Below, one piece after another: positions 50,441 through 63,739 of a DNA stretch of 64,000 nt (its first letter is position 1; every line of letters starts with the position of its first letter). The notes below the pieces were generated by a model that ran no database searches, had not been told where the DNA came from, and saw only the letters and a list, made by a program, of their open reading frames with translations. The position numbers and the translations under genes are program-made. The DNA is from Selaginella moellendorffii (lineage: Eukaryota; Plantae; Lycopodiophyta): assembly GCF_000143415.4 (NCBI RefSeq), contig NW_003314270.1:2349048-2413047 (forward strand). Reading direction: 5' to 3'.

Positions 50441-51093
50441 GACACCAAGAATAAAAGGAGCTATACCACGTGCCACGAATACCACTATCAAATGAGTTTG
50501 GTTGTTCAATTGCAATCTCATAGCATCAAGCAATTGCACCAACTATTACTCCAAAGTCAAAGGAGATTGAGACTACTAATCTACTATGAAAATGAATGAA
50601 AAGGAAATAGCAAAAGAAGTAAAATGAAAAAATGCTAGAAGGAAAGGGATATTTAGACAATGCAAAAGCTATATCTAAACAAAAATCCTAAAAGGAAAGA
50701 ACAAAAAAAAAGGAAATGGAGAAAGTTAGATTTAAACAATGCAAAATCTAAATTTAAATTAAAATCCTAAATCCAAACACTCCTCAGAAACAATTAAAGA
50801 TGCCCCTTAACTCCACCAATGTGAGTGCATGTAATATAGAATGAAAATATAGAAAATGTGCATATCAATTAGCCCAAAAACCTTAGTTTATAGACAAGAA
50901 CGAATGGTCCAGATTAAAATCAATCTAATGGCTACCAAAATCTCACTATGCTAATATTAATATACAACATTGTAGTCATACACTTGGACCTCACATATCA
51001 CATAGGGAATTATTCATATTATTTATTGATTGAGTTTACAATGTGTTTATATCTATATTTATTCACTAGGCTACTCATAGTTTACCATTAACT

Positions 51094-51486
51094 ATGTATT
51101 TTCTTAAATTGTATTTAGCTTTTTTTTGTTTTCTATTTTTATTAGATCTTTATTTAAATGATGGTATTGATTGTTCAAATCGTTCTTGGGAAAAACTCAT
51201 GACTTGTGATTTAAATATTTATTATAATAAGTATGGCAGAGATGTCAATGTTTTTATATATAAATCTTCTTTATCATTTGAAATTAGAACAGATCCAAAT
51301 CCAATAATAGAAATTGTTGATTTTAGAATAGATGGAGAGCCTTATCAATTAGTTGTTTTTCCAGGCTCGGCAATATATAAAACAAAAGGTGATTATGGTT
51401 GGAATAATTGGTCATTCGAGGGATGTTATAAACATGATGATTCAATTATTGTAGAATTTCTAGATTATAAAAATAATTGTAAATAA
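51094..51486 (+). CDS. Small predicted secreted protein (130 aa) with Y-x-L-x-VF..GD-x-GW-x-NW-x-F-x-G motif; bacterial/fungal-like
   Basis: Intronless, very AT-rich open ORF with a hydrophobic N-terminus (MYFLKLYLAFFCFLFLL), 4 Cys in the predicted mature part, and C-terminal YQLVVFPGSAIYKTKGDYGWNNWSFEGCYKHDDSIIVEF. Confidence 0.7.
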   Translation: MYFLKLYLAFFCFLFLLDLYLNDGIDCSNRSWEKLMTCDLNIYYNKYGRDVNVFIYKSSLSFEIRTDPNPIIEIVDFRIDGEPYQLVVFPGSAIYKTKGDYGWNNWSFEGCYKHDDSIIVEFLDYKNNCK

Positions 51487-51860
51487 GAAATAATTTTCTG
51501 TATGTTGTAATACTTTCTTTCCTTTTTAACATAAAATTATTTTATATGATCAATTTTATATTATATTTTGAATATATGTTTCTAATTTTAATATTTTAAA
51601 ATGCAAATGTATAATTATGTTCTGCACTATAGGTTTGCTACACCATACAGCAACACTTACTTTGTATTAGAAAAGATAATTAAATTATTATTAATACAAT
51701 AAGCTGGTAATAAAGATTATCAATTGAAGATTTTGATAATTAGATTTATTTTTGAATAATAATTTCCGAATACATAGCTTAAATATAAATCTGACAATGT
51801 TATCTAACTCCGTGTTTTAATGGTATAACAATTAAAATATAAAAGAATATACTATAACAT

Positions 51861-52019
51861 TCTGGCGGCCCTCCTGTCCCAAACATGAACCTCCTGGATG
51901 TTCTGATTGATCGATCCTCCCGTGCCACCGCCCCCGGGCAGCATCGCCATTGGATTCTCGGGAGAGGGCTTGCCGAGCGTGAGTAGCTTGGAGTGCTCCA
52001 TTCCCAGCTGGTAACGCAT
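51861..52019 (-). pseudogene. 5' fragment of the ARM-repeat gene at the duplication breakpoint
   Basis: Matches 22803-22985 with small deletions, then runs into unrelated AT-rich DNA. Confidence 0.88.
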
Positions 52020-52888
52020 CTCTCGCCTCGAATCCGTGGCCTGCTACAAGCAATTCCTCGCCGTAATCTCGCGTTCTTGCCCTCTATCGCGCCGCCGGTC
52101 GTGATCCCCCACTCTACACCTAGAATTCATGGCTGCTCCTATCGATCCAGATGCCGCTACCGCGACCAAGCCCTACGCGAGACTCTCATCTTTCGATTCC
52201 TGCGGTTCCTAGAAGCTGCCCGGAGCTAGATCTCTACTTCTTCCACTGTTCTTCCGGACACGCTCCAAATTTCTCTATAGAACCTAACGAAGAATCCCTC
52301 TTCTTCTTCTTCTTCTTCTTCGCAGCGAACGCCGGGGAGCGGGGAGACGCCGTACATCCCGCCACGTATATTCCTCAATCCAACGGTCACGGTACCAAGA
52401 GGGGTGATCCGACGGCGCCGCGCGGCGGGAGATCGCTGCGGTTGGTGGGGGCGTCGGCGGAGCGATCGCCCGACCCAATTTCGCGCCATCTCTTTTGTAT
52501 TTACATGGTTTGGCATTTATTAGAGATATAACATTAGTTTCAAATCAAACATTCCTTTTCCTTTCACTTTGTCTTTGTGAGGTTCTTTTTAAATTTTCGT
52601 GGGAAAGAAAGAAGCCCTAGTCCTTCCTACTGAAAGAGCTGTTCCATGGGCAACACGTTGCCACGTTGTAAGCAGTAGTTACATGCGTGCGATTCATGCA
52701 AATATACACAAGACTTGACAACCACCTAGAATATCAGATTTTTCCAGGCTTGATATTTTTTATAGCACGTCCTTCCAATACCATACCAAAAATATAATCT
52801 TCTTGACCTTAACTCTCGAAACTTATTAAACTAAGTAACGCGATCAAACGTTTACGTTTGACGTTGGAAAGTAAACAAACCAAGTACC

Positions 52889-55351
52889 TCAGACTTTAGA
52901 AGGTTCTGCCAGTAATTCATTCACAGAGCGCCTGAGAAGCTGGATGTGAAGAGAAATGTAGTATGGAAAGGAAGCAAGCTCTTTGAAACTGAGAAATGCA
53001 AGGATATTTTCTCGTCGTGCACAGGACTGTTGAGCAACAGCAGCTTGTTGTTTGCAACGATCGCCCTCACCAGAAGATCTGTGGCTTCCTCCTTCTTCTG
53101 CTTGAGCATCTTCCACATCTAGAATGCGAAGGACATGAAAGGAGTTAACGTTAGGAGGTGAAACAAGCCCTTCACCTCCTCCAGAACTTCCGTGTAGCAG
53201 TCCACTTTGTCGACCACCTCGTTTTCAGGCTTCTCCAGCAGTGGAGGAGCAGGCTCCGGTCGCCACTCCATCTCTTGCGCCTGGAAAACTCTCCAAGGTA
53301 AGTAGACTTCTTTGTAGGAACGACTTACATCGATGGCCAGCGGGGGAGCAGGCTCCGGTCGCCACTCCATCTCTTGCACCTGGAAACTCTCCAAGATAAG
53401 TAGACTTCTTGGCAGGAACTACTTACATTGATGGCATCGATGGCAGGATTGTTCTCTCGAGCAGGAGGAGGTGATGAAGAATACTCGTCCACCGATCGTA
53501 CCACATCTTTACCTTTGGATCCGTTGCTCTTCTCCTTTGCAGCATCAGAGTGGTCCACATCAAAGGAGTCCAGCTTATCTGCTGGAACCTAGGATGGAAA
53601 GAGATTAACATCGTTCTTTTCTCCTTCAAAACAAACATACTCACATCTTTACTTGTGGATCCAGCGTCAGTGTTATTGTCATTCCTAGAATCCAGGCCGG
53701 AGAGGTCAATACATAGCCTGTCTCGAGCAGCGGTTCGAGATACTGGAGAAGACTGTATCCTCAAGAACATAGAGTTTGGCCTCAAGCCAAAAAAAAAAGA
53801 CAACTCACATCTTTAGTTTTGGATCCGGTGTCAGCGTTCTTGTCATTCCTAGAATCCAGACCGGAGAGATCAACACGCAGCTTGTCTCGAGCAGGGGTAC
53901 GAGATACTGGAGAAGACTGTATCCTCAAGAACTTAGAGCTTGGCCTCTCAAGCAAAAAACATAGAACTCACTTCTTTAGTTTTGGATCTAGTGTCAGCGT
54001 TCTTGTCATACCTAGAACCTAGGCCGGACAGATCAGCACGTAGCTTGCCTCTAGCAGGGAGACGAGATACTGGAGAAACAACTGGTCCGTTCTCCATCGA
54101 CTATATCCTTCAAGAAGTTAGAGCCTGGCCTCTAAAGCAAAATAAACAGGAGAACTCACTTCTTTAGTTTTGGATCCAGTGTCAGCGTTCTTGTCATTCC
54201 TAGAATCCAGACCGGAAATATCAACACGTAGCTTGTGTCGAGCAGGCGGGCGAGATGCTGGAGAAACAACAGCCATCGACTGTAACCTCAAGAACTTAGA
54301 GCTTGGTCTTTTAAGCAAAAACAAAAAAAGAACTCACGTCTTTAGTTTTGGATCCTGTGTCAGGGTTCTTGTCAGAATCCAGGCCGGAGATACGCAGCTT
54401 GTCTCGAGCAGGGGAACGAGATACCGGAGAAATCTCCATCGACTATATCCTCAAGAACTTAAAGCTTGGCCTCTAATCCAAAAAAAAGGAGAGAGAACTC
54501 ACTTCTTTGGTTTTGGATCCAGTGTCAGCGTTCTTCTCATTCATCGAATCCAGGTCGGAGAGATCAACGCGCAGCTTGTCTCGAGCAGGGGGGCGAGATA
54601 CTGGAGAAATCTCCATCGACTGTATCCTCAAGAACTTAGAGCTTGCCTCTAAACCAGAACTCACTTCTTTAGTTTTGGATCCAGTCTCAGCGTTGTTGTC
54701 GGAGAGATCAGTGTCTCGAGCAGGGGGACGAGATACTGGAGAAATATCCATCGACTGTATCCTAAAGAACTTGAGCCTCTAAACAAAAAAAAGAGAGAAA
54801 AACTCACTTTGGATCCAGTGTCAAGGTTCTTGTCGGAGAGATCAACGCGCAGCTTTTCTCGAGCAGGGGGACGACATAGTGGAGAAACCTCCATGGACTG
54901 TATCCTCAACTTAGAGCTTGGCCTTTAAACCGAGAACTCACTTCTTTAGTTTTGGATCCAGTGTCAGCGTTCTTCTCCATCGTAGCGTCAATGCCAGGGA
55001 GATCGAGATCGATATTAAACGAGGCTAGCTTGTTAAAACCTCCATCAAGGTCCAAATCCATATCGCTGCAACAAGATTCATCGCATCGATCAATCACGTC
55101 CGCAAGCAAGAAACGATCAGAATCCATCCACTCACAATTTGGAGAGATCAAACGTCTTCCCGGTCTTGGCCATGGGCCGAGGCGGCGAGTCGTCAAGATC
55201 CAGCCCCGGCGCCGCGCCGAGCTTCCCAGGCTTCCAAGACGTGAGGAAATCGTCCCCCAAATCATCGCCTGCGCCATAATCCACAGTAAAACACCCGCAT
55301 TCTACCGTCATCGAGAGAGATCTTACCGAAGCTCCCGGCCGCCTTCCCCAT
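52889..55351 (-). CDS. At4g18490-like protein, copy B (16 exons, ~544 aa)
   Basis: Same structure as copy A minus one 108-nt and one 51-nt repeat exon and a 9-nt AID unit; U12 branch TTCCATAC; MCK>MWK. Confidence 0.75.
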
Positions 55352-55394
55352 CGCCTTCCCGCCAAAGCCCACCCAGAGAACCCTAGTTTAAACA

Positions 55395-55763
55395 TTTTCC
55401 TCTTAAATTGTCTTGTCACTGGAGAGAGTTTTTCTGGCGCTCTTGGGCAGTGTCGATTTTTCTACCTCGCCGCTTCCTACTTCGCTCGTGGATGCTGAAG
55501 CAGCCGAGACCGCTGAGGGAAATGGATCCGAGGACGCTGTCTGTGACTTTTTAAGTTCTCCACGAGCTCGATGATCCTGTCGAGAACTTGCAATGCACGC
55601 TCCACCTCTGAGTCGATGTGGATGACCTCTGGGGCTTGGAGTTTCTCGGCACTAAATCGCTCTACCAGCTCGAAGCTCCTTCCTTTACTTCTTCGAATTT
55701 GCGAGTGGCAGTGTCACCGGTGATTCTCTTCATCTTCATTTGCTTCCTTGATGCGATGGTACA
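55395..55763 (-). pseudogene. Decayed START-like last-exon fragment, copy B
   Basis: Near-identical to 26650-27021. Confidence 0.85.
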
Positions 55764-57984
55764 AGTTTGAGTTTCTTAAATTTTTCTTGAATGATCGTAG
55801 GCCGGTGGAACTTCATTCTTGAAATTGCTTGTGAATGTTCCACTTTCTGACAGAGAAATTAAATTGACTGCTCAAGCTGGGTAAACACTCATACTTTTAC
55901 TTTTGAGAATAGCTATCAATCATAAGCCAAAATCTAATAATAGAGGGTTGCCATAGAATGGTGAGACTCCTCGCTAGATAGTAGATATTGGGTTGAGGAC
56001 ATAATGAAAATGTAGAACAATCATTGTAGTATCTATGGTGCTCAATGGATTGAAACACATAGCATATCATAAACAACTTAATTCATCATAAACTGAAGCA
56101 TTATTCAAATTAAAAAGCATTAACAAAAACTCATATAAACTGTATATTCTTTAATATGCAATCTTTAGGATGTTCTTATTGCCCAGTTACTGTTGGTTAG
56201 TACCTCCTCCATCTTCTCACTCTCAAATGCAAATTGGTTAGAGTCTAAAAAAATTCACATTCAAGATCATGTTGAGATTATTTTTAAGTGCTGATTGATC
56301 CACATCATCTTAGTACTTGCAACTGTCTTTAGAATACATATACTTTAGATAAGGGATTGTTAATTATAATTATATTTGGTACTAGTGCATGGATATTGGT
56401 GCTGGCTTATGAGAAGTCAATGCAACAAATCAACTTTATAATTTAAGACAAATTTAATTAAGGCGGCACAACATGACAAGCTCTAGGAGCAGTTAGTTAT
56501 GCACTATTTGATACTTTATCAAGGTAATCCCTCCTTTTCCACCTAGCATTAGCAGGTGTATGCAGAGAATCCATATGACGTTAAAAACTTATCTTCATCT
56601 CTTGCTTGGGTTTTTTTTTTTTTGGTATTAAGGACTCTATAGAGCAATTTAAAAGTTGGTCACTGCTCAAACTTTGTGATGCATATGGTGTGTGTCACAA
56701 TTTGTATTGTAAGAGTTATACAAAATATAATATAACATCTTGTTGATTCAATTTTGAAGCCATTTATAGTAGTTATGCCCAAAAAAATTGTTTAAGAGTG
56801 TAGCACTACATAAGATGAAGTGTGATCATCCTATATCCAGTACAAAGTAAGTTGTTTCCATACTAGATTCTATGGTTGTTCCAAGTATGGGTCAAATTCA
56901 ACAAGCCATTAGATGTTATTGGATATTTATATTTGCTTTAGGTACTCCAAAACTTCCTTTTATTGAGCTCACTTTGGTTTTGCAAGCATACTAGCCCATA
57001 AAGTTGGGATCTTTAAGATCCTTTACAAATGGTGGACCTCCATTATGAAACATGGATGACCTTCAATGAGTTGTGTGAGCTTGAATTAGAAATAATAACA
57101 CTTTATAGAGTGATTTGGATAGGTGTATCAACTTCTTTTATATCTTCCTTGTCTAGTCAATGCATCACCATTTGACACTATAATTAATTGTGCAACTCTT
57201 GTTTTTTACCTAACTCTATCTACATTAAAGGCTTTATGATGTATAAAATTGTTATTATGAACAAACTAGTGTAAGAGGATGGTTGATAGCCTAGAGTAGG
57301 AACTTTAGAACACTAATAGATAATAATTTGTTTAGCATGAGTCAAAATGAAAATGAAAATGCATGAGATCATGATCAAGAACTTCTTTAGATGGTTTGTT
57401 TGTAGAGAAGTGCTACCTAAGTATTACAAAGAGAGAATTATAGATTAAATAGTTTACACCCCATAACTGCACAAGCTTTTTGATTTTATAACAATACTTA
57501 GCCTCCTAACTCACAGCAACTTCCTTTCTCTATTATGCACAATATTTCTCAAGCACATTCCATTTGCCCATAAATGATCAATTCATCCCTTGATATTGGG
57601 ACTCCCTCTATTATATATGTATTTCCAAAGTTAAATTGCATCCCAATATAACAAAAACTGCTTACAATCAATGCAATGGTGAGAGGGTAGCATAGTGGGA
57701 ATTCCTTCTTAGATGATAGAATTTAATATTCAAATGTAGTTTTGTAAAGAAGTATATTAAATTAATTATCTCCTCATGTGCTTATTGAATATTAGTTCAT
57801 TAAGTTTGTCAACAAGACTTTTTATCCCATTGACACCTTTATATGCCATGTTTTTTATTTGAATACTATCATGTATAAAAGCATAGATATAAAGATAAAC
57901 TAAAAATAATGAAGTTTGAGCTTTAGATCCATTTACCTTCAATAGGTATAAAGCTTGATACTTTTTGTTTAAATGGGAATTGGG

Positions 57985-60900
57985 TGTACCACACATGAAT
58001 TTGGAGCCGAAATCCAAGCCGGTTACACTATGAAACAAGGGTCCAATACAATTCCATGAGCACCAGCTCCTCGTATCTAGCACCTGCACGCAAAATGGTG
58101 TCAAATGGAGTCTGGCACAATTTTGGCATACTGGTGGCCTAACACGAGGAGGAGGGTACCTCACCAATGTGGAGCTTGGGCTTAGACCCAACCTGGACGC
58201 AGAACAAAGAGCAACACAACCCAGCGGGAGCCAAACTAATGTTTTAGATGGTCGGATATGCATTTCAACCACTATCCCTACTATACATTTAAAACCCCCT
58301 TTGAGGAACACATGCTTTGGGCTTTCACCCCAAGCCTCCCTTAGTACCAGGAGTCAATATCTGGGACAAGCTCAAAACTTACTAAATATAAAATGTCCCT
58401 AGATTACGAATTTGGACACAGGATGAACACTATTGTGTTCAGGCCAATCTTTACATTCCAAATGAGCGAATTTAGACACTTTCCATAAATAGCATTTGGG
58501 ACCTAAATAAGACTAACACCAAGGGTATGATAGAGCCTCAAAGGAGGACCTCCTATCCTCCGCCTTTGCAGACAACACAAGCCTGATCGTGGAGGGATCA
58601 CCGGAGAACCTCTCAAACGTCAAAAGGGACCTGGAGTTCTTTAATGAGGCCATCGGATCAAAAATAAACTAGCATAAATCGGTAGGACTATGGCTCCCCC
58701 CCGGCAGACCTCCAACATGGGGCACGGATCTGGGTTTCAAATGGCTGAACACAGAGGAGACCACCCGCTACCTTGGATTCCAAGTCGGATGCTAGTATGA
58801 TCTAGAACCTCAGAACCAAAAAGCAGTTACAAAACTAAGGGATCAACTCAAGTTCTGGGCGAGCAGAAAACTATCATTCTCAACACGCTACATGGTGGCA
58901 AACAGCATCCTACTTGGAGCGATCTGGTTCCCGGCAGCATGCTGGAATATAGACAGGCGAACAATCCAGGAAATGAACTAACTCATTCGAACCTATGTCT
59001 GGAAAGGCTCCTCCTGCGTCTCATGTGGTGGAGCAAAGGTCAACTGGTGGTCAATAACACTTCCGAAGCATGAAGGGGGCCTCAATATCATTGACATCAA
59101 AGAATAATGCAAGGCTCTCCTCTTCAAGATTTTCACGAGGATGCTCATGCCTGGCAACCAGCCATGGAGAACATTGCTGCGAGCACAACTTTTGAAAGTC
59201 CTCCCGGATAGGAATGAGCACACTAGACAAAATTGGGTGACAGATGAACAATGGCTTTTTTAGGACACAAAACTCAAAATGACAAAGGCTCACACGCTCT
59301 CAGGAAAGCTGTTCAAGCTCTGGAGGCAATTCAAATACAAGTTGGAACATAGACCACCTCACACCAAAGAACAACTGGACCGGCAACCAATCTTCTTGAG
59401 CAAACTCCTCACTGTCAATGGTAAAATGCTCGGAGCCTCAGAAGATCGCGGCCTGGACCAGACATGCAGAGACCTGCACAGAGCAGGGATAAGAACCTTT
59501 GCAGAGGTAGACAGCATGATCCAGCCCAACCAGACGGCTAACAACTGTGACCGAATCAGTGCCTTCTACAGATTAACCATCTCAAAATACAGGATGCGTA
59601 AATTCCAGACAGCCTTTTTAGCAGCCAAACTCTAAACCTACAAGAAGACCAACACCATCGATGGTGGAAGGTGGACGAGTTGATTGTATGCACCCTCCCC
59701 AACATGGCATCGAGACTAATCTTTAAGGTAGGACAGGCCGGATGCCTGTACCCCATCGTCTCCCCTGAGTACGAGGACCTCCTCGATATGAGCAGAGCTA
59801 AACCGATCAGAGTGATTCAAATGGAGAAAAAAACTGCCAACGTTGATCCATTGATCCTAGAACAACAATATGCCCGCCTCTACTGGTTCCGCCAACAAAC
59901 CCTGGATGAACTCAAGTGGGATCCTGTAGAGTGGCGTTGGAGAGGAACCATGTGCAAGGGCTCCTTCCAGTACGAAACCAAGCTGGGCCTAAAACTGATC
60001 AGAGTGCCGACTCGATCCTCCCTCATCCGGAAAGCAAAGGCCCAACAGATCCCCTCCAGGAACCACTCACGCTGCATCAACATGATCTGGAAGGGGCGCT
60101 GGTCAGCTAAGAACCGCTATTTCATGTGGCTGGCCCAACAAGAACGTCTTCCCTCTCTGGCAGCCATACATCTCCCAAACACAGCCTGCAAGACCTATGG
60201 AGCCACAGAAACATAGCGACACATCTTATGGGAATGCCTGGAAGCACAGGAAGTATGGGAAGGTGCAGCAGCAGTACTCAAACGAACGTCAACCGGAGGA
60301 GTTGCAATCACATACAAATCAGCATTTTGGGGTAGTTTCATCCAGGGAAAAACAAAGAATCCTGATGCATGGAAGTGGCAATACAACGAGGCCCCACACT
60401 TTGATCAACTCAACCAAACTCGGACACACATTAAGCATCTCCACTAGGAGCTCTTCGATGTGCTTCGGAGACGCACACTAGCAGAGGTATGGAAGGCTCG
60501 CTGCTCCAAGCTGTTCAATGACACGGACCCCTCGGCTCGAGCAACTATTTCAAAGGTTTGGTCCAGATTGATTGTCTCACTCGCAGCTCGTCTGGACATG
60601 CTGATCAAACATGGCGAGGAAGGGAAGATAGCAAAGGAGAAGGAGCTGTGGCCATTTTTTAGAGGAAGAAGTGAGGCTGGAGAAGAAGAATGGGCGTGGA
60701 AACCCCCAATATGGATTTGGCAGCACATGAACGATGGCACGTGTACCTCCTCGAGTCAACAAAGTTTAACACCAAGAACTTTGGAAGTTGGAGGATTGGA
60801 GGTTACAGACTCGAGTACCAGTTTTACTTTGTCCCCCTTGTCACACCCCCCCCCCCCCCCCTAAAAAAAATCTTGAAGAGCTCTTTCCCTGTTTCGAGTA

Positions 60901-61271
60901 GGTCAAAATCAGACTCTATGGTTTATAGAGGATAAATTAATTAAAACCCCATTAACAAAGGGTATGATAGCAAGGGTGTTTAGTAGACATGGTAAGCTAT
61001 CATCCGACGATATTGAAGGACTAATCTCAATACACAAGGGTTTTTGCCAAGCCAATGCAAAATAAAGCAAAAGAGAACTAATAAGCCGAGCCAAGTATGC
61101 TTGGCTAAATAAACACTTAGAAATTCCTTCCTTATACTCATCCGGCTAAGTATAGATGCTAAGTTTAGTTTACTAACACTTGGACAAGAGGGGTTAATAA
61201 AGGGAATTAGTAGTACCGACCTCTTGCCATCGTGGCAATAAAAAAAGAGTGTTCGTAAGGACTGGCCGACA
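57985..61271. mobile_element. Solo/partial LTR related to the element 3 LTR, interrupted by a LINE
   Basis: Shares long blocks with 43560-44335 (GGACAAGCTCAAAACTTACTAAATAT, CATAAATAGCATTTGGGACC, CCAAGTATGCTTGGCTAAAT). Absent at the equivalent site in copy A (~28972). Begins TGTA and ends CCGACA; no TSD. Confidence 0.85.
58534..60957 (+). mobile_element. 5'-truncated L1-clade LINE (RT C-terminal part plus zf-RVT), inactive
   Basis: SAFADNTSL..GSKIN*HKS..TRYLGFQVG; KVNWWSITLPKHEGGLNIID; CKTYGATET*RHILWEC; EVWKARCSKLF. 13-bp TSD AAGGGTATGATAG at 58521-58533 and 60958-60970. Confidence 0.92.
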
Positions 61272-63739
61272 AATATCTACTAGTTGATAGATTTTCCTCC
61301 CATTGATAATTGCACAATTATTTAATAATCCTGTAAAATTCTTAATGTTAAAATTAAAAACAAAAAACAAAAAAAAATATCAAAGGTATTATCAAAACTC
61401 ACTTATGTTCTCACTCCTTTAACTTTCACAAATCTTGAGGAATGTGTGGTAGTATAGCATGGGCACCCTTTTTACATCCATAGACTTTATACCAATTCCA
61501 AACTTAAATATATTGTCCTTGTCTTATAGCAAGTTTTGGTATAAGAACCTTTGAAAAGTTATGATAATCTAGAGGATTAGTTGGATCAAAATATTACTCA
61601 AACTCCAACTTCTAGAGAAAATGCTAATAAAACTGATTGAAACACTCACATTTCTATCATTTATAAAATGGGAAAAAAGTCATATAAAAATTGTGGATAA
61701 TAGGAAGAACTTACTTAATTACATATGAAATGTCCTTGAATGAATGAATTTCTACTTCAAACCTCATACAATATTTATGTTTTCCTTGATATAGTTATAA
61801 AATTTGGCAAAGTCATCTTTAATAGTCTTATTGTTGAAGTGTAAAGGTTGTAGATATATCCTCTCATATATTAGTGCACAAAACAATAATAATTATATAG
61901 TGGAATACCCATGAACCCATATGTTAATTTACACCAAACTAGAGGAATAAAAAAAAGTGTGTTAGAATTAAAGTATTTAGAAGAATCTGTTATGTGTCAC
62001 ACATATATAGAGGCTGTAATATTGTACAATTGGTAATCTTTCACCCAAGAAACGTCTTCCATAGCCTTTTAGGTTGACAAAGATAAATGTCTCATAGACT
62101 TTCTTGGTGAAGACTTTAAAACAAACTTACTTAATGATTTATGCATATTCTAGACTCCTTAGTTGATCCCACCAGCCTCTAATGGGATCAGCTCTTGAAG
62201 CTTTGCTACAATTTGTTGTGAACATAAACCTTATGCCAACCAAATTGGTGCAATGTCTAAAAGTATTATTGGGTGGTGCCTAATGCATGGCTTATTTGCT
62301 TTAAATTGCAATCACAAAGAAGATAATGTCAAACAAACTTCACTATCACATCTCTTTTATGATTCTAATCCGTTCCAATTTGCAAATGAAGGAATATCTA
62401 TCTTGTCCTCATTGTTGATCTCTACACTACTATTGCTATCTACTATCATAAGTGCTATTCTCACTATTAGTTACAATCTACAATTGCTAGAACTGGTATG
62501 GACATTATCTTTCATACAACAATTTATACATAACAACTTATTAGTTACCCCAACAATCAAGTAGAACCCTAATGGAGCCAACTCTGTTACATTGACAAAG
62601 CCCTAGTAACCAATGATTGCCATGGTGCCAACATTCTGAAGGCCTAATTTGTAAAGAAATAAGAATATGTAAAAGTAGAAAAAGCACTAGCTCAAGCATA
62701 TTATTTATAAGGTGAAACCTTGAGCCACTTTATGGAAAGATATTATGTATTATTTGATTCACACAACTTTTTATAATGATAATATTATGAAAATTGAATT
62801 TAAGAAACTTATTGAACATTTTAAGATAGATTTTCAAGATGAAAAAGCTTTTATCAAGTATTTTAAGATAACTGGAAGGAGAAAGTTGGTAAGTAAATCA
62901 TTATTTTAACATGTAAATTCTTTTTATTTGACAAATAAATCTGATAAGGTGTTCCATACCAATATACAAGCTAGTCTTTAGTTGGAGAGAAAAAAGGATA
63001 GATTATACAGTTTACCAATTTAATACTAAGTTTATGAGAAGTATTGCTTTACTAGTTATTATAAAGATCATGATTTTATTCAATTATAAATATGAAAAAC
63101 TAATTGTAGTGTAATTCTTAAAACAAAAACTGTTAACAACTCTCAAGTAAAATTCAACAAGGAAAATACTTATAAATTTATGTACAATCCTCTTCAAATC
63201 TAGCTATATGATATCTTATATTAAGATATGAAGAACATAGTGATTAAGCTTCTTCGACTTCTACAATAGAGGATTGTTTTTGCGTGTGGCAACATCAAGT
63301 TTATAAAGCTGCTCATGAAAGATTATGTTAATATATAGATAAGAAATTTACTAGATATGGTGAAATTATTTAGATGTACTTAATTATTAGTTGGTCAAGG
63401 AATTCTTTCCAATGGCAAATCTTTCAAATTCTATTGGAAATATTTTTATATTATAATGATATATAGGATTTATTTCATAGTGATTTGATACACCCAAGAA
63501 TATTATTAAGAGTTTTAGCATGTAACTAACTTTAAAAGGAAAGTTATTGCCACACAACTTTACATAAAGTACTAAGGTTACACTAGACTTACCAATACTT
63601 TTAGAACTATATTAAACAAGCCAAACTAATTTATCCATATTAATTTAAATGAAATAATGATAATTTAGGGTATCTAAAAGAAATAATATATTTTATAGCC
63701 AATTATATGCAAATATGTTTAACAAAATAAAACTCTAGG

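Larger units (their letters stand above)
31567..50995 (-). mobile_element. Element 1: old Ty3/Gypsy non-chromovirus-like LTR retrotransposon with 176-bp LTRs (31567-31742, 50820-50995), interrupted by elements 2 and 3
   Basis: TG..CA LTRs; PPT AGAGGGGATGA; PBS TGGTGGAGTTAAGGGG (tRNA-Ala-like). Degenerate gag with CCHC knuckle (CWACDKVGHTYRRC, ~42580-42625), PR LVDIG, RT LDLVFGYWQVPM..KTAF..MPFGLNNA (41341-41616). Integrase is split between ~39790-40100 and 31950-32535. Many stops; no clear TSD. Confidence 0.85.
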
